DNA of 64,000 nucleotides from NCBI GenBank assembly GCA_016793115.1, contig JAEUIN010000382.1, positions 11,385-75,384 of the forward strand, read 5' to 3'. Numbering within the stretch: the stretch's first letter is position 1; every line of letters starts with the position of its first letter. The position numbers and the translations under genes were made by a program. Below are positions 57,701 to 64,000 of the stretch, piece by piece. A model generated the notes under the pieces. That model did not search any database. It was not told the DNA's origin and saw nothing but the letters and a program-made list of their open reading frames with translations. This stretch comes from Planctomycetaceae bacterium (GTDB taxonomy: Bacteria > Planctomycetota > Planctomycetia > Pirellulales > PNKZ01).

Positions 57701-58339
57701 ATGTTTGAAGCGATCACCAGCAAAACGATGGAAGTCGTGTCGCGCGCGCTGCTGGTCGGCTTCGCGCGATTCATTTCCGGCGCCAGCGTCCGCTACATCA
57801 ATTGCCAGCCCGACACGAATCAACGGGTGTACTTCGCCAACCACACGAGCCACCTCGACGCCTTGGTCGTGTGGGCGCTCTTGCCGCCGGAAGTGCGGTT
57901 GCTCACACGACCGGTCGCCGCGCGCGACTACTGGGAAAAGGGCCGGCTTCGTCCGTATTTGGCGAAGCATGTGTTCGGCGCGATGCTCATCGATAGGCAA
58001 AACATCAAGGTCCACCAAAGCCCGGTCGACCTGATGCTGAGAGAAATGGGCGATCGCTACTCGATCATCGTGTTTCCCGAGGGGCATCGAAACACCGAAG
58101 CTAAGATCGACGAATTCAAAAGCGGGCTTTATTACCTAGCGAAAAAGCGGCCGGACCTAGAATTGGTGCCGGTTCATATCGATAATCTCAATCGCGTCTT
58201 GCCGCGAGGTGAATTCCTGCCGGTGCCGCTGTTAAGCTGCGTGACGTTCGGAGCGCCGATCTGGCTCGAGGCAGGCGAACCGAAGGCCAATTTCTTGGTG
58301 CGAGCCCGGGAAGCCGTGATTCGACTCAAAGAGGTTTGA
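57701..58339 (+). CDS. plsC: 1-acyl-sn-glycerol-3-phosphate acyltransferase
   Basis: HX4D motif NHTSHLD and FPEGHRN motif. ATG at 57701; the track start at 57695 is TTG. Confidence 0.8.
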   Translation: MFEAITSKTMEVVSRALLVGFARFISGASVRYINCQPDTNQRVYFANHTSHLDALVVWALLPPEVRLLTRPVAARDYWEKGRLRPYLAKHVFGAMLIDRQNIKVHQSPVDLMLREMGDRYSIIVFPEGHRNTEAKIDEFKSGLYYLAKKRPDLELVPVHIDNLNRVLPRGEFLPVPLLSCVTFGAPIWLEAGEPKANFLVRAREAVIRLKEV

Positions 58340-58430
58340 AAACAAGCGCCGGGCGTACGTCGTCGGGCGCGAGAAAAAGATTATGACGGAGAACAACTAG
58401 CGTCGGTCGCCTAGCGCCGAGCGCCTGCTC

Positions 58431-59387
58431 ATGGGTACCGGGATCGACTGGCCGGCATTCTGGATTTTCACGACGTTGCTGATGGTTCTGACCGCGGCGA
58501 CCGTCGTCGGGCAGATGCTGCGCCGACAAACCGAACTAGGCGTCAATCCGGCGGTCGTCGAACAGTTTAATCTGCGCGTTCGCTCCTGGTGGATGCTCAC
58601 GGCCATGCTCGCCGTCGGCTTCCTACTGGGCGACGACGTCACCGTGGCATTGTTCGGCGGGCTGTCGTTTTGGGCCTTGCGCGAATTCATTACGCTCACG
58701 CCGACCCGAATCGCCGATCACCGCACGCTGTTCTGGGTATTCTTTGTCTTCACGCCGCTGCAGTTCTATCTTGTGGCGACCGAACAGTATGAAGTCTATA
58801 GCATCCTCATTCCGGTCTACGCGTTTCTCTTCATTCCGGCCCGCATCGCCTTGGCCGGGGATTTCAAGCGCTATCTGGAACGCTCCACGACCATTCAGAC
58901 GGGGCTGATGATCTGCGTCTACTGTTTGAGCTACGCTCCGGCGATGCTCAGCCTGCGGTTTCCTGCGCCGTACGTGCCGGTCCGGCTGCTACTGTTTTTC
59001 TTTATCATCGTCGCCTTGAGCGACGCCTTCCATTACGCCTGCGAAAAGCTGCTCGGGAAGCACCTCATCGCCCCGGCCATCAGTCAGAACAAGACCTGGG
59101 AAGGCTTCCTCGGCGGGCTCGGCTGCGCGAGCCTTGTCGGTTTGGCCCTCTATTGGGTGAGCCCGTTCCAGAAGCCGCAAGCGGCGATGATGGGGGCGTT
59201 GATTTCCGCGATGGGCTATTGCGGCGGGTTGACGATGTCGGCCATCAAGCGCGACCGGGGCGTGCAAGACTACGGCACGCTTTTGACCGGACACTCCGGC
59301 GTGCTCGATCGCATCGACTCGATCTGCTTTGCCGCGCCGGTCTTCTACCACGTCACAAAGTACTTGCTGACGCAGGGGCTCACTTAA
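58431..59387 (+). CDS. cdsA: phosphatidate cytidylyltransferase
   Basis: CDS signature SAIKRDRGVQDYGTLLTGHSGVLDRIDS in a polytopic membrane protein. Confidence 0.85.
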   Translation: MGTGIDWPAFWIFTTLLMVLTAATVVGQMLRRQTELGVNPAVVEQFNLRVRSWWMLTAMLAVGFLLGDDVTVALFGGLSFWALREFITLTPTRIADHRTLFWVFFVFTPLQFYLVATEQYEVYSILIPVYAFLFIPARIALAGDFKRYLERSTTIQTGLMICVYCLSYAPAMLSLRFPAPYVPVRLLLFFFIIVALSDAFHYACEKLLGKHLIAPAISQNKTWEGFLGGLGCASLVGLALYWVSPFQKPQAAMMGALISAMGYCGGLTMSAIKRDRGVQDYGTLLTGHSGVLDRIDSICFAAPVFYHVTKYLLTQGLT

Positions 59388-59463
59388 GGCGTAAGGCAAA
59401 AGGCAAAACTCAGTGCGGCGGCGCACCTCGTTTTGCCTTTTGCATTCTGACTTGCACCTTACG

Positions 59464-60771
59464 TTATCGCCGAATCACACCGTTGGTCGACGCAGCCTCA
59501 AGCGGCGTTACCGGCAGTTGCGGGGCCGACGAGTAGTTCACCACGGGCGCGTCCGAAGTTTTCGTCCATTCGAGCACGATCTGACCCGGCATCTCGGGCG
59601 GCTGCGGGCGGCTTGCGCTGGCGACGATCGGAGCCGAGCGTACTCCGCTGGACATCGCCGACGCCGCAAACGGGTCGACCGGAGGAGCGCCGGGAGTCGG
59701 GTCGTTCGCGGCCGAAAGATCGACCGGGACCAGACGCGACGAGGCTTCGTTCGCGGCCGGATCCGCGGGCGGAGCGGCCGGGCGCGGCGGAATCACGTTC
59801 GCCTCCGATGCCACCGGAGCCGCCGCGTGGTGGACTAAGTTCGGAGTCGGGCGGGCCCGCTTCTTCGCGGCTTCCCCGGCAGACGTCCATTGGAAGAGCG
59901 GCGCCGCGGGCGTCGCGCCGGCATTCGCGCTCGCGAGTTCAACGCTTTGCGGAGTCGGTAAGTTCGGCTGCGCGACGTCGGCCGGAGCCGGCGCGGTCGC
60001 CGCGGTTAACATGATCGGAGAATCGCCGGCAGGAGCAAACGGACGGCTGCCGTTGCGCACCCACTCGAGCCAGATGTTTTGCAATTGGCCGAGATCGGCG
60101 ACCCCGTAGTGTTGATGAACGGCGCGCGTCCAATCCTCGTCCTTCATGCCGTCGGCGACGAACTCAAGAAACTTCGCTTTGCCCCCCTGGCCGATGAAGA
60201 AACCGGCCAAGGAATGGCCTTGGGCGTACAGCGGCAACACGTCGGCGGGGTACTCCTTCATGGCGAACATCGCGCTGAACGGTATGCCGCGATTGGTTTT
60301 CAGAAACTGAATGAGCATCTGATGCTGTTTGGTTCGCTCCGACACGTGCTCGACCGTCGTGCAGGCTCCCTCGTCGGCCCAGCGCGGGACCGGTTGCCGG
60401 AAGTGGCTCGCAAAAATCGTGTGCGTCACTTCGTGCGGCAAAACGCTGTCGAGAATGCGTTCGTACGAGCCTTGAATGTTCATCGTCCAGCCGAACACTT
60501 CGCCCCGATCGAAGACGAAGCTCGTCGCACCGCCCGCTCCCATCTTCGGACCGACCTGCACCGTGATCGGGCACGGCCGACTCCACGGCGGCAAGGTCTT
60601 GCCGAGCCATTCGACGGCCAAGTCATCGCGGTATTGCTCCGCGGCGTCGCCCACGGCCTTGGCCACCTGAGCACTGGGGGCGTTGACGATGAAGTTCTGG
60701 GTGCGGTAACTGGCGCCCAACAGAAACGGCAAACAGGCGCATAGCGCCGAGACCAGCTTACGAGCTTCCAT
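59464..60771 (-). CDS. secreted putative gluzincin (peptidase MA-like) with Pro/Ala-rich C-terminal region
   Basis: Signal peptide, then HEVTH (HExxH) followed by PRWADEGA, a possible third ligand Glu. The C-terminal ~190 aa are low-complexity P/A-rich. Confidence 0.5.
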   Translation of the reverse strand: MEARKLVSALCACLPFLLGASYRTQNFIVNAPSAQVAKAVGDAAEQYRDDLAVEWLGKTLPPWSRPCPITVQVGPKMGAGGATSFVFDRGEVFGWTMNIQGSYERILDSVLPHEVTHTIFASHFRQPVPRWADEGACTTVEHVSERTKQHQMLIQFLKTNRGIPFSAMFAMKEYPADVLPLYAQGHSLAGFFIGQGGKAKFLEFVADGMKDEDWTRAVHQHYGVADLGQLQNIWLEWVRNGSRPFAPAGDSPIMLTAATAPAPADVAQPNLPTPQSVELASANAGATPAAPLFQWTSAGEAAKKRARPTPNLVHHAAAPVASEANVIPPRPAAPPADPAANEASSRLVPVDLSAANDPTPGAPPVDPFAASAMSSGVRSAPIVASASRPQPPEMPGQIVLEWTKTSDAPVVNYSSAPQLPVTPLEAASTNGVIRR

Positions 60772-61229
60772 GCTCTACTCCGCAGTGTGAATGATCGCCC
60801 AAGGCGATGTCGCCGTCGTGGGGCATGCAAGAAGTCCCTTCTTGCGAGACCGACGACGGCCGCTCCCAACTTGCAAACCTCGCGCCCGACGAGGCCGTTC
60901 GCCTCGCGCGAACGCCTCGGACTTCGGTCGCTTGTCCGACTCGCACTCTGCTAAGCGCCGTTTCCGCCGAGGTTCTGCGAACCTTTCGGAAATTTTCCCG
61001 CCGGCGAGTCGGATCTCATCCAACTGTGTCCTACGCAACGACTCCCCTCGCAGGTTCGTTGTAAGACTTGCAAAACGTACCTGAGTCGTTGCGAACGACC
61101 TAGAGCGATTTAGTGGGAAAGCACTCGGCAAGACGAAACCGGCGGGGACGATTACGGCGGCGAGAAGAGAACGAGAGGTGAACTCGTTGTATCGCAGCCG
61201 CTTGAGGCTTCAAGTTTTACGTCGCTCGG

Positions 61230-61631
61230 TTACGGTTTTCCGCCGCCCGCCGAGAGCAATGACAGCAAGCCTTGATTGGCCGGCGGAAACTCGTAGCTTG
61301 CCAACTCGCAAGGTCCGACCCAGCGATAACCGACGGGCGTCGGTGCGGGCTCGTCGCTCGCCGTCTCGGCAAGCGCACAGGCAAAGAAATGGAGCCGCAC
61401 GCGGTCGTGGTCGTACTGCCGCTCGACTTCGGGATAAGCCCCGACGACGACGACCGCGAGTCCGGTCTCTTCCATGCATTCGCGTCGCGCCGCGTCGGCC
61501 GGGAGTTCCCCGTCGCCGACCTTGCCGCCCGGGAATTCCCACAGCCCGGCGAGCGGCACCCCCTCAGGTCTGCGACCGATGAGGAACTTCCCAGCATGCT
61601 CGACGACGGCGACGGCGATCGGCGTGGGCAT
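61230..61631 (-). CDS. Nudix hydrolase (MutT-like)
   Basis: Nudix box GLWEFPGGKVGDGELPADAARRECMEETG. Confidence 0.85.
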   Translation of the reverse strand: MPTPIAVAVVEHAGKFLIGRRPEGVPLAGLWEFPGGKVGDGELPADAARRECMEETGLAVVVVGAYPEVERQYDHDRVRLHFFACALAETASDEPAPTPVGYRWVGPCELASYEFPPANQGLLSLLSAGGGKP

Positions 61632-61722
61632 CGTGAGGCAAGCGTGCGGTGATCGGCTTCAGCGAGGTCGCCGGCGGTCGGCTCGCTCTTTCCCGCCGGC
61701 GATCAACATCCGGAAACGAAAA

Positions 61723-62556
61723 CTACTTCGCCCCCATCTCCTTAGCGGCATCAAGCAGCCGGCCCGGCGAGCCCATCACGTTGTAGCCGCCGTCGAGATG
61801 GAGGATCTCGCCCGTGATCCCGTCGGACAGATCCGACAGTAAGAACGCGCCGGTCTTACCGACTTCATCGTGCGTAATGTTGCGGCCGAGCGGAGCCATC
61901 TTTTCGTAGAGCCGCTGCATATCGTCGACGCCTGCGGCGCTGCCGGCCAAAGTGCGCACCGGACCGGCGCTGACGGCATTGACGCGGATGCCGCGCGGGC
62001 CAAGATCGTACGCCAAGTACTTCACGATGCTGTCGAGTGCGGCCTTGCAAACGCCCATGACGTTGTAGCCCGGCACGGCTTTCTCGCCGCCGAAGTACGT
62101 CAGCGTGACGATCGATCCCTTATCGTTCATCACTTGGCGGGCCGCGTTGGCTACGGCGATCAAGCTGTAGGCGCTGATTTCCATCGCCAGATTGAACCCG
62201 TCGCGGCTCGTTTCGATCGTGTCGACTTTCAGATCGTCGAGTTTGGCATAGGCCACGGCGTGCACGAGGAAGTCGATCTTGCCGAACTCGTCGGCCGCTT
62301 TTTGCATCACGGCCTTGATGTCGTCGTCTTTCTGCACGTCCATCGGCGCTAAGAATTTCGCTTTATCGCCGTATTTGTCGGTGCACTTCGACACGCGCAG
62401 CCGGTTTTTCTTCTTCTCGTCGTCTGGCCGATCGGGCAAATGAGTGAAGCCGCAGACACCGCCTTGATCCATGATGAACTGCGCGATGGCCCACGCCAAC
62501 GATCGATCGTTGGCGACGCCGATAATCAAACCCTTCTTACCGTCGAACAGACCCAT
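61723..62556 (-). CDS. fabI: enoyl-[acyl-carrier-protein] reductase (NADH), FabI
   Basis: GKKGLIIGVANDRSLAWAIA N-terminus and the Y..MGVCKAALD catalytic block; 277 aa. Confidence 0.9.
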   Translation of the reverse strand: MGLFDGKKGLIIGVANDRSLAWAIAQFIMDQGGVCGFTHLPDRPDDEKKKNRLRVSKCTDKYGDKAKFLAPMDVQKDDDIKAVMQKAADEFGKIDFLVHAVAYAKLDDLKVDTIETSRDGFNLAMEISAYSLIAVANAARQVMNDKGSIVTLTYFGGEKAVPGYNVMGVCKAALDSIVKYLAYDLGPRGIRVNAVSAGPVRTLAGSAAGVDDMQRLYEKMAPLGRNITHDEVGKTGAFLLSDLSDGITGEILHLDGGYNVMGSPGRLLDAAKEMGAK

Positions 62557-62651
62557 GGGCGGAGATCCTTGTGCGTACGATGCCGGAGCGCGACAAACCG
62601 AAAGAATAGCGGCTCGCCGTAAGGTTCATCAAGATGGGCCGACTGGGGCGA

Positions 62652-63392
62652 TTAAGCCGCCAGGGCATGCGTGCGGACCATTTCCACGCAAATACCGCCG
62701 ACCCGCAGCAGCTTATGCATCCGCGTAAACCAAAGCTCTCGGTTCCACCGCAGACCGACATCTTCGCAGACCCGATGCAATTCGCGCCGGTTGTAGGTGC
62801 GGCAACACCACATGCGACTTGTAAACGCCCCGGCCATGCTGTCTTCCGTCGCCAGCAGCAGCATCCGCCCGCCTGGCGCCAACACCCGGGCCAACTCCGT
62901 CAAACCCGGTCGTGGATCGGGAAGATGTTCGAGAACATAGCCGCAAGTAATACAATCGAACGTGCCGTCGGCGAACGGCAAGTGGGTCATATCGCTGACG
63001 AGATAGCGCGGGGTCGAGCTTTTGATTCGGTTGCGAGCCCGCCGCAACATTTCGAAGGAAATGTCGAAGCACGTGACCGAGGCTTCGGGATCGGCGTACT
63101 TCAATAAGTGCTTAGAGATTTGGCCGGCCCCGCTGCCGACGTCGAGAATGCTCTTGCAGCCGCGCAAATCGAAGGTGCGTTTGCGAAACAGCCGATCGCC
63201 CAGCGGTAAATGAAGCGAAAGCAAGCTCGCGGTCGTAAGCAGCGCCCCTTGCGGGCCGTCGTACTTGTCGCGTACGACGTCGCGATATTCCTTATAGCTG
63301 ACGCGCTTCATCAGCTTGTGCTCGACCATTCGTCCGAAGAGCCGTCGTTGCTTTAAACGCGTCGGCTTCGGCAGCGGCTCTTTCACGGTCAT
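62652..63392 (-). CDS. class I SAM-dependent methyltransferase
   Basis: Motif I ILDVGSGAGQ and motif post-I CFDIS. The start is uncertain: ATG at 63392 or GTG at 63443. Confidence 0.7.
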   Translation of the reverse strand: MTVKEPLPKPTRLKQRRLFGRMVEHKLMKRVSYKEYRDVVRDKYDGPQGALLTTASLLSLHLPLGDRLFRKRTFDLRGCKSILDVGSGAGQISKHLLKYADPEASVTCFDISFEMLRRARNRIKSSTPRYLVSDMTHLPFADGTFDCITCGYVLEHLPDPRPGLTELARVLAPGGRMLLLATEDSMAGAFTSRMWCCRTYNRRELHRVCEDVGLRWNRELWFTRMHKLLRVGGICVEMVRTHALAA

Positions 63393-63462
63393 TCGCAGTG
63401 TCTCACACGGTCGAAACCTTCGACGGCGCGCCGTCGACTTCACCCCGCCGCAACGCCGGCGA

Positions 63463-64000
63463 CTAAGCCTTTGCGCGGCTTCCGTAGATATACCACTCGA
63501 CCATTAAGAGGGCCAGCATGAGGAGAAGAAACGGCCTGCCGACGTCCAATCGAGACGGCTCGCCGGCATCGTTTTCTGCGGGATTTTCGCGGCTACCTTG
63601 GAGTATCGCCGCGCGCTCGCCGCTTAAGTTGGATTCGCCGGCATCAAAGAGATTTACGGCGAAAATCTCGTTCACCCCCCCTTGCAACGTTGCGAGATAC
63701 GGCCCGACGCGCTCCGTCGCATAATACGAGAACTCGCCGGCGGCATCGCGTCGGATCGTTTTGGCGTTGCCGTCGGGCGCGACGACTTGTAGTTCGGCCG
63801 CGGCCCCCGGCGAACGAAATCGCAGCACCGCCCCGGCACGCTCGGCCTGACCGACACTTCCGCCGCCGCTACGCCGTGAGGTTTGCACTGCGTTGAGGAT
63901 GAATTGCTCGAAGCCGCCGCCGTCGACAAGCGGCCAATTGGTCGCGGGCGACGCTTCGTCCGCGGCGACGCCGAACCCGAAAACCACGTCGTCGAAAACG
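63463..64000 (-). CDS. C-terminal part of a membrane-anchored hypothetical protein (runs off the window)
   Basis: The open frame reaches the window edge. The C-terminal TM FLLLMLALLMVEWYIYG resembles tails of Bat/VWA-type planctomycete proteins. Confidence 0.4.
   Translation of the reverse strand, partial: VFDDVVFGFGVAADEASPATNWPLVDGGGFEQFILNAVQTSRRSGGGSVGQAERAGAVLRFRSPGAAAELQVVAPDGNAKTIRRDAAGEFSYYATERVGPYLATLQGGVNEIFAVNLFDAGESNLSGERAAILQGSRENPAENDAGEPSRLDVGRPFLLLMLALLMVEWYIYGSRAKA

Noticed and set aside
57470-58087. 205-aa minus-strand ORF.
   Set aside because: It overlaps plsC, which has HX4D and FPEG motifs on the plus strand, and has no recognisable motif of its own.
1-64000. Search for tRNA, rRNA, tmRNA, RNase P RNA, SRP RNA, IS elements, prophage or defence-system genes.
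   Set aside because: I found no GGTTCGA-type T-arm contexts and no conserved RNase P, SRP or tmRNA boxes. No transposase, integrase, nuclease or ATPase defence signatures were recognised by eye. Absence cannot be proven without tRNAscan-SE, Infernal or DefenseFinder.

Overview
GC-rich, gene-dense chromosomal window with about 50 credible CDS. I saw no rRNA, tRNA, CRISPR array, transposase or integrase. Gene content points to a Planctomycetota (Pirellulales-like) genome. There are three copies of the two-gene module 'large CxxCH(PSCyt)/DUF1549/DUF1553 protein + Tat-exported DUF1501 protein', two S1 sulfatases, LamG/Kelch-like and PQQ-like beta-propeller proteins, and a PmoA/DUF6807-like protein. 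Housekeeping genes are prfA-prmC, rpmE, infA, fabI, plsC-cdsA, a Nudix hydrolase and motA-motB. Four accessory items stand out. (i) A GntR/FCD regulator reads through in frame into one of the DUF1553 proteins, with a palindromic GntR-type operator candidate upstream. (ii) A DabA(DUF2309)-DabB inorganic-carbon-pump-like operon carries an extra, divergent NuoM/N-like third subunit with an extreme Asp/His tail. It is convergent with an orphan FwdB/FhcB-like gene. (iii) There is a type III polyketide synthase. (iv) A family of ~195-bp intercistronic elements has conserved ~42-bp G-tract/C-tract inverted arms but unrelated cores and brackets a DUF1501 gene; several other GGAG-rich or REP-like palindromes are also present. 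All functional calls come from motif recognition by eye on the supplied translations and sequence. No database search or folding computation was run.
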